A stretch of 64,000 nucleotides of DNA, taken from positions 12,586,001 through 12,650,000 of the forward strand of contig OZ336900.1 of the NCBI GenBank assembly GCA_965287045.1, given 5' to 3'. The position numbers and the translations under genes are program-made. The notes under the pieces are model-generated. The model worked only from the letters and a program-made list of their open reading frames with translations. It was not told the DNA's origin and did no database searches. The stretch is from Carcharhinus amblyrhynchos. Its lineage: Eukaryota. Below are positions 40,851 through 54,308 of the stretch, in pieces. Positions within the stretch are counted from its first letter, which is position 1. Each line of letters begins with the position of its first letter.

Positions 40851-42675
40851 TATCATCGTACCATGACCTTTGAAACTTAAGTGGACCCCATCTGCTTTTG
40901 GAAGGATTGTCACCCAGTGCCTCAATCAGTAGTATTATTGTTTTGGTGGCTGTGAACTTGTTAGTTTTGGTGCTTGGATCTTGATCTTTAGGATTTTAAC
41001 CATGACCCTCACCTGCCAATCAAGGGTGGAGCAGAATCCGGAAGGGGCTATTGTAGAGGCAGTACCTGCGATATATATTGTCATGGGTTAACAATAAATA
41101 GTTTATGTTTCAACATACCAGTCTCCAGAACTCTTACTGAGACACCAACATGTGGCAGCTAAGTGAACAAACCCAGAACCTCAAAGCAGCTGGAGAGAGA
41201 CCACGGCATTTCAGAGTTTGAAAAACTAAAGATACTGATGCCTGCCCTGAGAGAAGTGCACCTAAATTGAAGACACACTTGGAGATTGCCTGAATAAAAA
41301 CACCGTTACATACATGAAGCAGAAGGACCCATTGCCAGACCTGACCAAAAATGTTGGCATCAAGGGTGAGAAAAGGCTAAACAAATTTCAAGTAAAATAA
41401 AGAGAAAGAAGGTGAAAAAGAAAGATCCACTGTGCAGATGAAGAGAAGAACTTTAGTGACAGCAGAGTCTGTAGCACTGACCCAATCATAAGAAGAAAGA
41501 GCATAATATATTAAAAGTTTCATAATACAGCTGAACTTACCTTTTAAAATAGGCAGCCATCTGCGAGAGAATATCCTGGAGCAAAGCTGCAGCACCAACT
41601 GGCACCAAAAAGTGGAGTGGCTGAGCTGCATTGAAGTTAACAAAAAGTTTAAAATGGCAGGTTGAGATATCCCACTAGCCTCAAAGATTAGGTTCTTGCT
41701 ACCCATCAAGAGGAAGTTACCCTCTGACAGCTGCGAAAAGTTGAAATGCTTCTATCTCCAATCTTTGCAGCCTTCTGGTGTTGGAGATTTAATGCCCTGA
41801 CACTTTGCAGTATTTATGCTGATAGTCCCTCATCCAGATACAAAAGTGTCAGTTTTTTTGGAACAGGAGACGGGACAGAAAGGTCAATGAATCCAGAAAG
41901 GATGGGGACACCCTGCCACTCTTAATACCTGAGCCTCATTCAAATAGAATCATTGATCATAGAATCATAGAAACCCCACAGTGCAGAAAGAGGCCATTTG
42001 GCCCATCAAATCTGCACCGACCACAATCCCACCCAGACCCTACCTCCGTATCCCTACATATTTTACCTGCTAATCCCTCTAACCTACGCATCTCAGGGCA
42101 CTAAGGAGCAATTTTTAGCATGGCCAATCAACCAAACCCACACATCTTTGGACCTTTGAATAGACCAAGCAGATATCCTGTGTAGGTCAGATGGTCTATT
42201 TCGTTGGACAAGCTTTCCTCAAGTGGGAGAGGCAGGTTGGTGATTTCTTTTAATATATAATGCAGCAAGCAGTATTGGTTGAGAAATCCCCACGGTCAAG
42301 ACAAGGTGAAGGGGAAACCTGTGCTGGGAAGGCCTGAGGACTGACTGAGAGTCATGGAGAGAAATGACAAGGAGTTCAGTGGCGAACAAGGTTTAATAAC
42401 TTAGCTGGGCCTCTTCTGACCTGTCTCGTACTCCAGCCATGTTTCAGGAGCCCCACCCCACCTCTGACCTTAAATTTATATTGTCATACCATGACCTTTG
42501 AATCTTAAGTGGACCCTACCTGCTTTTGGAAGGATTGTCACCCAGTGCCTGAATCTGCAGTATTATTATTTTGGTGGTTGTGAACTTGTTAGTTTTGATG
42601 TTTGGATTTTGACCTTTAGGATTTTAACCTTGACCCTCACCTGCCCATGAGGGACTGAGGTGGAGGACAGAACTG
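40851..42675 (+). repeat. ~180-bp direct repeat pair (40859-41037 and 42487-42673), probably LTRs of a decayed LTR element
   Basis: Both copies read taccatgacctttgaa..ttaagtggaccc..ctgcttttggaaggattgtcacccagtgcct..taggattttaacc.tgaccctcacctgcc. Confidence 0.8.
41950..42153 (-). mobile_element. HE1-type SINE 3' half
   Basis: catagaatcatagaaacccca cagtgcagaaagaggccatttggccc..cacatctttgga. Confidence 0.85.
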
Positions 42676-45483
42676 GGTTACAATCAAAGTTAATTGTGTC
42701 TGATATTTGAAAGAAAAGAAAAAAGATTACCCCTTATGTTTTAGATCGGTTAAGCCCATTTTTTTTTCATTTGATAGCCGCTGCCTTCCATGATTAGCTC
42801 CACTTGCTTCTATAAGTCTTTACTGATAAATATCATTTAGCAAAATCCCTCCACTCTGAATGGATTTTGTTTTCAGTCAGTGTTGCAATGTGTATGAATG
42901 AAGCATAGATCTGTATTCTACAGGTCCTGTCTCTCCTTATAAGAGATGGCAGTGCTATCGCTTATGGTGATACCTCTGTTGCAACGCTACTTATTCCATT
43001 TCTCAATCAATCATCGGAGTCAAAAACCAGTGCTGCAAGATTGGCATCACTGTGATTAACAGGATCTGTTTTGCTTTGTGGAACGGATGCATTTTACAAT
43101 CCCGAGTTCCTCTTTGAAAAAGAACAACATTGAAGTGTTTTTGAAATTAAATAGAAACTTTTTGTAATAACTTGAGGTTAGGAATTTTCTATTTCTGGAG
43201 AATTCAGAGTTAGCAGCATTTAGTGTTAAATGCCAATTTCAACACAACCAGGCCAGGGTGAACTGGACTGACAGATAGTTAACATGTTGACTGGGGTTGG
43301 GTCAGGGAGCAGTTCCATCATTTTCCTGATGCATTTTTACCCAACACCCATTTTATTTGGCAAAAAAGCCTCCCGAAAGAGCAGTCTGCAATGTGGCCTA
43401 CTTGAGATTCAAAGGGTGCGGTTTGATGATGTTATTGCCACCACAATCTAATTTTAACTACAGAAGATTGAGATGCAGGTACATCACCAAATGTTGCCCT
43501 TCCCTCTCACTGCTGGGAGTGCATTGGAGACTCCAGCCTGAGCACGTTCTCAACTCTCAACACTACCCTTATTGCAGGGGGTGTTCCCTTTGATCTCCAG
43601 ATTATCACAGATCTCCAATCTGATTTTCCACTCCTACCTGCTGTCTCTGATATCATTTTCACTGGTTTTGGCAGAAGTCATTGCTGCTGCACTGTCTAAA
43701 AGAGGCCCGAACTAAAAATGGCCTTGGCCTCATAATGAACTCTCCACAGGGTTTTCCCTCTGCACTCCACACACCCACATCCACCATGATTGTGCCCTAA
43801 GGTTAAAATCAGAGGTCTGATCTTCTGAGAGTGTGACAGCCTCCTTTAAAAAGTTGGTCAAAAGCAGAGCCCAGTAGTCTTAACATGTATATTACACACC
43901 AAACACTTCAGTCCAATGGAATCTTTGATTCTATTTTTGTTTTTCAAGTTATTTAATGCTTGGTTGCTTCTGTGCATCTTTTACCCAAGCAGCAATTAAA
44001 CTCTCACTGACCTGTATAGCTGGCAACAGTTGGACTTTGTACTTTCACCTGACATATCTTTAATTTAGCAGCAGAATAATGAAATAAAGAGTAACTAAGT
44101 AAGCAGCTTTTAAAGGATTGTTGTTTCCCTGCAACCACTCCCCCACCCAACCAAGGTTGTTACCTAATAAACCAGGACAATTGTTTGACACCATAATTTT
44201 ACTGCCTGCTTCTTGTTAGGAAGAAATTCCGGAGCTGGAATCTTTCGGCTGTTCATGCCGGTGGCAGTTTCCCATCCCGCTGCAGTGAACGGAGATTTGG
44301 ATAGACTCTGACCTTGTTGCAGCGGGAGCGTGGCATGAACCGGTAAGATCATGCCCTGGGGTTCTCTCATCCGCTAATCAGATAGCAATTCCTACTGGGA
44401 AACCAGCATCCTCAGGCGCCAAGTTGAGATGGAATTGAGCTGTGTAACACCCAGTTGGGAAAATATCTCCTGGCAGCGCTCTCCCCAAACAAATGTTGGA
44501 AAAGGTTGTACTTGGGTGAAATAGCTGAGGGCTGCTGATACCTGTGGACCTGTGCCCTGTGATCCCAAAAGTATAAATGGTTTTGGGAGCAACAGCAACT
44601 TTGTGCGAAAACCAGAGCATTCTGTAATGTTGTACAGATGCTGTGGTATTAAACAAGGTTCATGGTGGCCTGAAAAGGGACAGTGCCTCCTTCGCTAAAA
44701 CAATCATCTTTAATGAAGCTTGAATTTATTATATTGACATTAAGTAAATATTTCTAAGACTGATTGTTTACCTGACAGGATGGAATGGTTATAGATGCTG
44801 GCAGGCTGTCATCTTGAAGTAGCTATGCACCTAATAAATTGTGCTTGCCAGCACACTTGAGTGTTTTAAACCAGACCACCTGGGACTTTACCCTCATCAT
44901 CCATTTATTTAAAAAATAATCAAAATGTTTAATTGATACATACTTAAGTCTGATTTCTGTCAACTCATGTCGTAAAGCTGCAGGAAGTGATAGCAGGAGA
45001 GGACTGTGAGAGCATACATGTGTTAATGTGCAGCGACAATCTCAGCATAAAGGCTGTTCCCAGCTGAATCAGTGATGAGGAAAAAAGGCACTCTAGCTCG
45101 TACAGGCTTTAAACCTGTCCAGAGTCTTCTACTTTTGTATCTTTCTCTGCCTCATATTGGTTGTGAAGTTAACGCTGAGAGAGGGAGACTTTGCATCGCC
45201 ACTAACAGCAATTATAGAGGGAATTAATCATTACAATTTCTGTCTAGAAGAAAACTGACCTGAATTTGTGTGTGGAAGAAAAGATATATAGTGAAAGGAC
45301 CTAATGGGACATACAACTAAAACAGAGTAATTGGAGTCTGCTGTCTTTTCACTTCCCAGATAAAATATGTGAAGTGACAGCACGTTAGTTTTAACTGCAC
45401 AAAGTCCTTGGAAAGCGTAATTTGAATTTCTTTGGTGATGACTTTAATAGTGTTCGCTTAAAGAGTTTGTTTTATCTCCACAG

Positions 45484-45678
45484 ACATACTTCAATGACAA
45501 TATCCTGACTCTGATACGGACATTAGTAACAGGGGGAGCCACGCCAGAGCTGGAATCAATGCTAGCTGAAGAAAATGCCTTGAGAGGTGGATACAGCACT
45601 CCACAAACGCTATCAAACAGAGACAGGTGTCGAGTCGCACAGTTGGCTCTGTACGATGGCCCCTTTGCAGACCTTGGG
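45484..45678 (+). CDS. KCNMA1: KCNMA1 exon, 195 nt: [65 protein letters not shown]
   Basis: ccacag| acceptor and GGG|gtaagg donor. Translated by hand (absent from the ORF track); near-identical to the Slo1 S10 region. Confidence 0.98.
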
Positions 45679-47199
45679 GTAAGGTGAATCTGTTGTTTTA
45701 CTCAGTACGCCACCATCTCCCTGACTGTGTTAAATGGAAAGCAGTTGAACATAAAGAAATGGTTGTGCAGGGTTTAAGGTTAAGCTGGATAATTGCACAA
45801 GGGTGAGAGGAATAGCGGATAACATTAGATAAGTAGCTGGGGAGGAAGATCATGTGGAACAGGTACACAAGCATCAATCTATTGGGCCAGAAAGCCTACT
45901 TCTGTTCTGTAAATTCTACATAATGTAACACTATAAAAAATAAGCTGGTGTTTGTTATGAATGAATTTGTCATGTGAGATGGTTGGCTGCACTGACCCTG
46001 TCAGTGCTTAAACATGTGTCACAAGGCTTGGTAATGGAACTCTCTTCCTGGAAGTACCTCAGGAAGGACCAGCAGTGCCAAGGCCAGGCAATTCTCCCAC
46101 TGAGAAAGGGAAAACAAGCAAACTGATCTCACTGAGCTTCCCCTGTGGGCACCTCAAGGAGCCAGCGTGGTCTGGGAGCATGTGGCTTGTCACCCTGACA
46201 GCCAGAGGATGGAGTTGCAGAAGGCATCAAGAGAATTAGAATGGGAGTAAATAAATTCAGCCAAGATTAAGAAATGCATCCAGACCCCCATTGGCTCAGT
46301 TGGTACACGCACTGTGGGGTTTATCTATGCAATTAAGCAATGTCCCAAGTTTGAACACGAGCACTTGCTGACTTAAGGGGACACCAGCCATTGCAAAGGA
46401 CACAGCAGTCACTGTGTGCTCCTGGTTTAAGGGTGGGCAAAGCAACCATTCAGAGTCCCTACATCTGATCCCTGTTTCACAGCCCATGTTGAAAGCACAA
46501 ACCTATTGGACGTTGGTGAGGACAGGGAGAGAGTTCTCTGCAGTGCCCTCTCAGTCAGTAGCCTACTCAATTACTGAGTCCACAGTTGAAGAATAGGTGT
46601 GTGGGTAGCTGACAGCCTTGGAATCATGTCCAACAAGACTGAGAAAGAATAGGGAAAGATTGCAAACAGCACATTTTAAAGTTTCCTCAATGGGGAATGT
46701 AAAAATGCTACTGGTGATTGGAGCAGGAGCTGAAATCTTGACTAGAAAACATATTGTAAACAGAAAGTGATTGTTTTCAATGAATAATAACCAGTTCAGA
46801 TCCATCATATTATACTTTTGAGGCCAAGTACACCAGCAAAGCTTGTTGGACAGGTCTCCCTACTGGAAAGGCACAAGATCAATCACAGGGTACTTTCTGG
46901 GTGAAGACATTTTTTGTACCTTATCAGACTACATTCACAATTCTGTTTGACAATTAGAATAATTTTGCTGGTGAACCACACAATACAAGCCACCACATGC
47001 ATGATATGAGTTGGGTAGATAGATATTAGTCCAGTTCTGTCTTCCTTTTAGTTAGCAGCAACTGAATGAAACCTTCACCCCAAGTGGAAATAGTGAAGTT
47101 GTGTTTGTCTTTTCAAAGCGGTCGTTAAAAACTTCTTGGAAACCGCTTCTCTCAGGCTCTCTGTTCAACCCGTTCTCCATGTACTGTGCACCATCTGAA

Positions 47200-47705
47200 G
47201 CTTTGGTGAGACCAGACCTGTGGCACAATTTTGGTCTCCTTACTTAAAGAAAGATATACCTACTTTACAGGGAATGCAACAAAGGTTCACTGGATTGATT
47301 CCTGGGGTGAGATTGTTGTCCAGTGAGGAGATATTGAGTAGAAAGGGCCAATATTCTCTGGAGTTTAGAAGCAGGAGTAATAATTTTATTGAAATCAATA
47401 TCATTCATAGGAGGCTTATCAGGGTAGACGCTGGCAAGATCTGAAACAGGAGTCATAAATTCAGGTCAAGAAGTCAGCCATTTAGGAACGAAATAAGAAA
47501 CATCTTTGCTCAGAGGGCCACGAATTGTTGGAATTCTTTATCCCAGAGGATTGTGAATCCCACTCAGGTGTTGAGATAAGAGAATCAAGAGCCAGAGAAT
47601 AGAATGGGAAGCAGAGTTAACGTAGGTTAGTCATGATGGTTTTGAATTGTGGAACAAATTTGAGTGGTTATATGGTCGACTCCTGCTCCTATTTCTTGTG
47701 TTCTA
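47200..47705 (+). mobile_element. Old CR1 3' fragment
   Basis: ORF 47220..47444 (QFWSPYLKKDI..QQRFTGLIPG..LEFR) with the tail ctcctgctcctatttcttgtgttct. Confidence 0.85.
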
Positions 47706-47894
47706 AAATGGATTGAAGTTGGTATCATGGCAATGTCAAACTTAACTGTAATGCATGGAAAGTCCGACAGTTGAGAGGATGACTTCCCAAGCTGCAGTTC
47801 CTTTGTTTGAAGCCAATGGTTAATCTTTTGAATGGAACATTGAGAAGGCACATTTCATTCAGTCGAGGACGAGGGATGTATAGTCTGTATTCAA

Positions 47895-48175
47895 TTTAAA
47901 GTTGAAGTTTACTTATTAGTCACAAATAAGGCTTATGTTAACACTGCAAAGTTACTGTGAAATTCCCCTAGTCGCCATACTCCAGGGCACCTGTTTGGGT
48001 CAATGCATCAAACCAGCACTTCTTTCAGACTGTAGGAGGAAACTGAAGCACCCAGAGGAAACCCCACGCAGACACGGGGAGAATGTGCAAACTCCACACA
48101 GACAGCGACCCAAGCCAGGAATCGAACCCGGGCCCTGGCACTGTGAGACAGCAGTGCTAACCACGGTGCCACCTA
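47895..48175 (-). mobile_element. Shark tRNA-derived SINE (family of 6277-6559)
   Basis: tttaaagttgaagttt..ttattagtcaca..gttactgtgaaattcccctagtcgcc..atcgaacccgggccctggcactgtgagacagcagtgctaaccac. Confidence 0.9.
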
Positions 48176-49138
48176 TCCACCTACCATGGCGAAACAGCTC
48201 TAACAAGGATGGAATGGAGACAAAGCAAATATTTCTGTTGAAAATTACTTCTATTTCTACCTTCCTTGTAATATACCATTGATGCAGTATTACCAGAGTT
48301 GCTGCATATAGTGGTGGTAGGGGGAGGGGTTGGGAAAAGGTGAAGCATGGAACACACAAATGTGCAAATAGCTTCCCAAGAGGCTAATTCACTTGTGTCT
48401 TTTTTGTGGAAATGGTGGACATGAAGGTACTAAGAATGAGATTATTTTAAAGTAAAAGAAATGAATATTTTGGAGTTTCCAAGAGCTACTGCACATGGGG
48501 GCATCATGCCATCAATTACTTGATACTTTCTCTATTCTGTAAAGAATATCATTAGAATGCAAATGTGCTTTGGAATGTGCCTTGTGAATTGATCCTCTAA
48601 GTGCCAATCCACCACAGCCGATTACTGTTTTTAATTTCACTGCCATCAAATCATCGTTCAATCCCATAGAAAAAGAATATCACAAAGGTTTCAGTGAAGG
48701 GAGCATTCTGAATTGACATTAATGGATATACAGTCATTAACCCAGAGAGCTATAGCAATCATGTCATTCTGACTGAGAGTTAATTCAGCTCCTTCAGTGT
48801 CGTGGGCAGTAATTCTTTTCTCATGTTGATGTTCGTCAATGCTTAGTACTGAAACCAAAATATTTTATATAATAAATAGGAAAAAAAAGGTAAAAGGCTG
48901 GTTATTTCTAGTTGTTTGTTCTTTCAAAGACTCAGATGGTAACGTACTCTAAAGGAATCATTTCAGAGATTTAAAGGGAGTAATAGCTCTGTATAATATA
49001 TACACGCAAAAAAAATCCTTGAAGGCAGTGCTTCAGCCAAGATTACTTCAGAAAATATCTTGAAATGCTTTGACCACAGGGTGTTACGAAGGGTTATTGA
49101 TACCTTTGGAAATTTTCACCGGATTCTGAGTCCATGAT

Positions 49139-49425
49139 GGCACAGTGGTTAGCACTGCTGCCTCATAGCGGCAGGGACCTGGATTCAATTCCGGCTTGGG
49201 TCGCTGTCTGTGTGGAGTTAGCACATTCTCTCTGTGTCTGCATGGGTTTCCTGCCCCAGTTTCCTCCCACAGTCCAAAGATGTGCAGGTTAGGTTGATTG
49301 GCCCTAGTGTCAGTGGGATTAGCAGGGTAAATGTGTGGAGTTACGGGAATAGGGCCTGGGTGGGATTGTGGTCGGTGCAGACTCGATAGACCAAATGGCC
49401 GCGTTCTGCACTGTGAACTTCGATC
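49139..49425 (+). mobile_element. HE1-type SINE
   Basis: ggcacagtggttagcactgctgcctca head; ggtcggtgcagactcgat..ttctgcactgt CR1-derived tail. Confidence 0.9.
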
Positions 49426-50171
49426 ATATTGTTGATGATGAGACTGATGCTGTCTTAGATCAATGAAGACTCAAAGTTTCACTTTGCACTCTGGCCAGGC
49501 TAAACACTTACTAACAGCTGAACATCAGCTCAATTCGAATGATGAAGAAGAGGGAAACTTTACTCTTCGCCGACATTAAAAATTGTTGAAGAGTCAATGC
49601 CTGGGGCCTGTGCTAGCTTGTGCTATATTTCCAGCACATTTCTTCCAAGACCGGCACAACTGAGGCAAAAGGTGGAGGAATTGCTTGAGGAAAATTAAGC
49701 CAAGTGTGTATTAAGTTTCTGCTAACTTGATTTAAAAACACAATGCTTGACCCAGGCTCAAAATCAGTCACGTGTAAATCTAGCACACTTTTCAGCGGTT
49801 TGCTCCTGGTTTGTACCCAAATGAAACAGTTTAAAGCACCACTTGCCTTAATCTGCACAACATAGCTTATAATGTATATTCACCATCTGTGTTGTTTGAA
49901 GCGATTTATTTGCTTGACTCTAAGAATGGTGACTCTTAAAAGTGGTGGGTATTTTGTGGCTAGCAGAGTAATAAGGAAGTATCTCTCATGGTGATGTTGC
50001 TCAACAATGTGATCAGCTTCACGTTAACTGGCAGAGTTGTAACATTACACAGTTTACACATATTCACACTTGTACCACCTTTTAGCCCAAGAAAATCAGT
50101 TGAAGCTGCTTTGTCATGTAAATGTACTTCTTCACTTCTTCAGTTTTCATAAAATTGATGATCCTGTACTG

Positions 50172-50266
50172 AGTAAGATGACTCACAACACCAGGTTACT
50201 TTAACCTGGTGTCGTGGGACTTCTTACTGTGTCCACCCCAGTCCAACGCCGGAATCTCCACATCAT
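50172..50266 (+). mobile_element. Minimal Penelope-like fold-back remnant
   Basis: agtaagatgactcacaacaccaggtta / taacctggtgtcgtgggacttcttact hairpin plus the tail ccccagtccaacgccggaatctccacatcat. Confidence 0.75.
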
Positions 50267-50334
50267 CCTTACAGAAGATATGGGAGGTTGGCTGCAGTGA
50301 GGTGGGTGCAAATATTGCCCTCAGATGTTGTTAA

Positions 50335-50487
<153 letters not shown>

Positions 50488-51668
50488 TAAGTGGCACAAG
50501 CTTCTAGAGCTTCCTTATTTGTTGTTTATAATGTTTGCGTCTCTTTGGCTAAATTATTTTGCTGCTGCTACAATATGAGTAATGATATTAGTGTCACAAA
50601 ATTGATATAGAAGCACATTCCATCTGTAAACTTTTGCTGTCAGGAAAAGAGTTTGCCAAAAGAATCAGTTTAGTTGGATTCTAGTTGAGCACCACCAGTT
50701 TTAAGGGGAAATGGTCAAAAATGCAGTGCTGGCAGTATGTCATTCACTGCAGACTGGGAGCACTTGAGATGAGAATTTATCTGTGGTATTTATTTGTTGC
50801 TGTCTTACAGCAGAGCTGGATTCAGTCAAATTGACTTGTTTATGACAAAAATGCCATGACAGATGCCATGAACACAAACAATGGCATCCAGGGTACTACG
50901 ACACATTTGACGTTATACACATAATTTAACATTAAAACACCTTCTAAGGAATCAATCCCAATCAGCTGATCATTCCAGCACAAAACAATGGGAATAGACA
51001 CACTTAGCTATCACAATGTTCTTTATCATGCCAGATAGAATCATACTTCAAGTTTGTTTATTCTTCACCAACAACTTTTTTTATCCTGAAAGCAAAGAAT
51101 AGATACGCAAAGCATAAACAGAACAGGTGGCAAAACAAGCAATATTGAACCACATCCTTTCTGACTCTGTACATTTCCTCACAGTGTAGGGGCTGGAACA
51201 ACTTTCGTGTGGACATGTTCTCAGTTAAGGTTACGATTAAACTCTCGGCACTAAAATTGTTAGTTTTGAATAACTTGTCCAATGTAAACATCACAGTAAA
51301 TGCAAGAGGCTCGCCTCATGATCACTTAATGATCTTTTGAAGTCCTGTCTTGTGCTCCATTGCATTAATTTTAGCGAAAACATCATCGCATTGAATGATG
51401 CATTTGCCAATAGGAATTGGCTATGCCGACATCTATTAAACAACATTGACTGAGTGAAATGAGCCCCATGGTCTCTTTAGTAGCTCTCAATGAGCACAGA
51501 CGAGATGAATGCTTCAATTCCCAAGTAGATTTGATTTCTCAGAGGCACAACGTGCATTATACGGTATCAATAATCTGAAACTGACAGGATGTGAACTCTG
51601 GAGCACTGAAACAGCAAAGATTTACATCTGTAGGTTTACATAAGCCTGATTATCTTAATTCTAATAGT

Positions 51669-51973
51669 TAGAATCATAGATTCCTACAGTGCGGAAGGTG
51701 GCCATTCGGCCCATTGAGTCTACACCACCCAGGCCATATCCCCACAACCTCATGCATTTACACTAGCTAGTCCCCTTGACACTAAGGGGCAACTTAGCAT
51801 GGCCATTCCACCCAACCCGCACATCTTTGGACTGCAGGAGGAAATTGGAGCCAGAGGAAACTCACGCAGACACTGGGAGAACGTGCAAACTCCAAATAGA
51901 TGGTGACCCAAGCCGGGAATCGAACTCGGGACCCTGGCGCTGTGAAGCAGCAGTGCAAGCCACTGTGCCGCCC
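51669..51973 (-). mobile_element. HE1-type SINE, near full length
   Basis: tagaatcatagattcctacagtgcggaaggtggccattcggccc ... gggaatcgaactcgggaccctggcgctgtgaagcagcagtgc. Confidence 0.9.
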
Positions 51974-53132
51974 GCAAATAGTAACTTTGCATTTCAGAAT
52001 CAGCAGACTGAACAAAATTGTATTTTCTAATTATGTGCTGCATTTTACTCATGAATTTGCAAAAGTACTGGAGTGTAAATGAAACTGGTATAGGCACTTG
52101 TTGCAAGCCCTCCTTGTTGGCTTTCCTCACCAGGTCCAATGATCAAGTGCACCATTGCGGAGGTGCTGTCCGGCAGCTTGAGTCTTCTGTTGAGCTAAGA
52201 TCACTAATTATACCCTAATAATGAACATGGTCAGTTTAAGAAGCAATGACTAAAAACACCAGAGATTGTGCATGCTTGTTTTCATCCAAAAGCAAGATTA
52301 GTTGTGGAAATAATCAACGGAGTGATAAAATCTGGAGGATTTCCTACTGTCATGACACTATTCCCAGCAACAGATTTTAGTTTTGTTTTTGCTGTCACAT
52401 CCTATTGTTAGGTATTTTTAATGCAATGGTTATAGTTAGTGATTATATGAGTCTGATGCTCCTGATATTTACTTGGAGCCAGCAAGGAGGTGGATGGGTG
52501 AGAAATTCTGGACTGAAAACCTTGAGATAAGGGTTTCCCGCAAGTCCTGCTGAGTTTAATGGAGTGAAATTGCTTATATTTTTCACCATGTTTCCAGTTC
52601 GAGAGCCAGAATGGCACACTGGAAATCAGCGTGAAGACATAGACTAAGTCTGATTTCAGAAGAAGAGTCAGACATCGTAAGGTTTGGGGATTAACATCAA
52701 GCTAATTGCTTGTTGGGCTTGGTGGAATCACTCTTGCTCCTCCTGGCCCACAAGCAATGCCATAAAAGTAATTGCACCATGGATTAAACCCTCCTTGCAT
52801 TTGTTTACTTGTCAACATTAGCAGGCCTTCACATATTAAAAATAAAAATGGAGTTAAAGGCAAGATTTTAGATCAGCCTGCCTCCTCAATCTGCCTCCTC
52901 CTTTAACCTGCCGTGATTAAAACCCAAAAGAGGATTAGAGGAAGATCTGAGGATTTGATTTTTTGTACCTTCTCTCCTGCCCCAAACCCCCTTTTTGTTA
53001 CAATTCACCTCCATCCCCTGCCCAGTGTGTTTAATATGACATATATGGAAAATCTAAAAGTACTGGAAAGACACAACAAGCTGATATCTGAACCCAGAAG
53101 ATAGGTGGAACTCAGCACTGCAATAATTACTG

Positions 53133-54308
53133 GATGTGAAGATGCTGGCATTGGACTGGAGTAAGCACGATAAGACGTCTCACAACACCGGGTTAAATTC
53201 CAACAGGTTTATTTGGTAGCACAAGCCACAAGCTTTCAGAGCGCTGCTCCTTCATCAGATGAGTGGGAGTTCTGTTCACAAACAGGGCATATAAAGACAC
53301 AAACTCAATTTACAAAATAATGGTTGGAATGCAAGCCTTTACAGGTAATCAAATCTTAAAGATACAGACAATGTGAGTGGAGAGAGGGTTAGCATAGGTT
53401 AAAAAGATGAGTATTGTCTCCAGCCAACACAGTTAGAGAGATTTTGCAAGCACAGGCAAGTCATGGGGGTTACATATAATGTGACATAAACCCAAGATCC
53501 CGGATGAGGCTGTCCTCGTGTGCAGAACTTGCTATCAGTTTTTCGTCAGTGATTCTGTGTTGTCATGTGTCGTGAAGGCCGCCTTGGAAAACGCTTACCC
53601 GAAGATCAGAGGCTGAATGCCCATGACTGCTGAAGTTATCCCCAACAGGAACAGCATCCACCAGATACACAGTACATACTCTTGCAACTTGGCCAATGTT
53701 GTCTACCTGTTACTCTGCAAGAAAAGATGTACCAAGGCATGGTACATTGGGGAGACCATGCAGATGCTATGACAATGGATGAATGAACACCGCTCGACAA
53801 TCACCAGGCAAGAGAGTTCTCTTCCTGTTGGGGAACATTTCAGCAGTCACGGGCATTCAGCCTCTGATCTTAGGGTAAGTGTTCTCCAAGACGGTCTTCG
53901 TGACACATGACAACGCAGAATTGCTGAGCAGAAACTGATAGCCAAGTTCCGCACACATGAGGACAGCTTCAACGGGGATCTTGGGTTCATGTCACACTAT
54001 CTGTAACCCCCACAACCTGCCTGGGCTTGCAAAATCTCTAACTGTCCTAGCTAGAGACAATATACAGTTCTCTTAACCTGTGCTTAACCCTCTCTCCACT
54101 CACATTGTCTGTACCTTTAAGACTTTATTACCTGTAAAGACTCGCATTCCAACCATTATTTTGTAAATTGAGTTTGTGTCTTTAAATGCCCTGTTTGTGA
54201 ACAGAACTCCCACTCAACTGATGAAGGAACAGCGCTCTGAAAGCTTGTGGCTTGTGCCAACAAATAAACCTGTTGGACTTTAATCTGGTTTTGTGAGACT
54301 TCTTACTA
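53133..54308 (+). mobile_element. Penelope-like retroelement: GIY-YIG endonuclease remnant flanked by ~490-bp inverted repeats
   Basis: 53676-54006 translates YSCNLANVVYLLLCKKRCTKAWYIGETMQML*QWMNEHRSTI..PVGEHF..RRIAEQKLIAKFRTHEDSFN. ~53160-53652 is the reverse complement of ~53820-54308. Confidence 0.9.

Noticed and set aside
49139-49200. tRNA-like A/B boxes
   Set aside because: These are SINE heads continuing into SINE bodies, with no complete cloverleaf.
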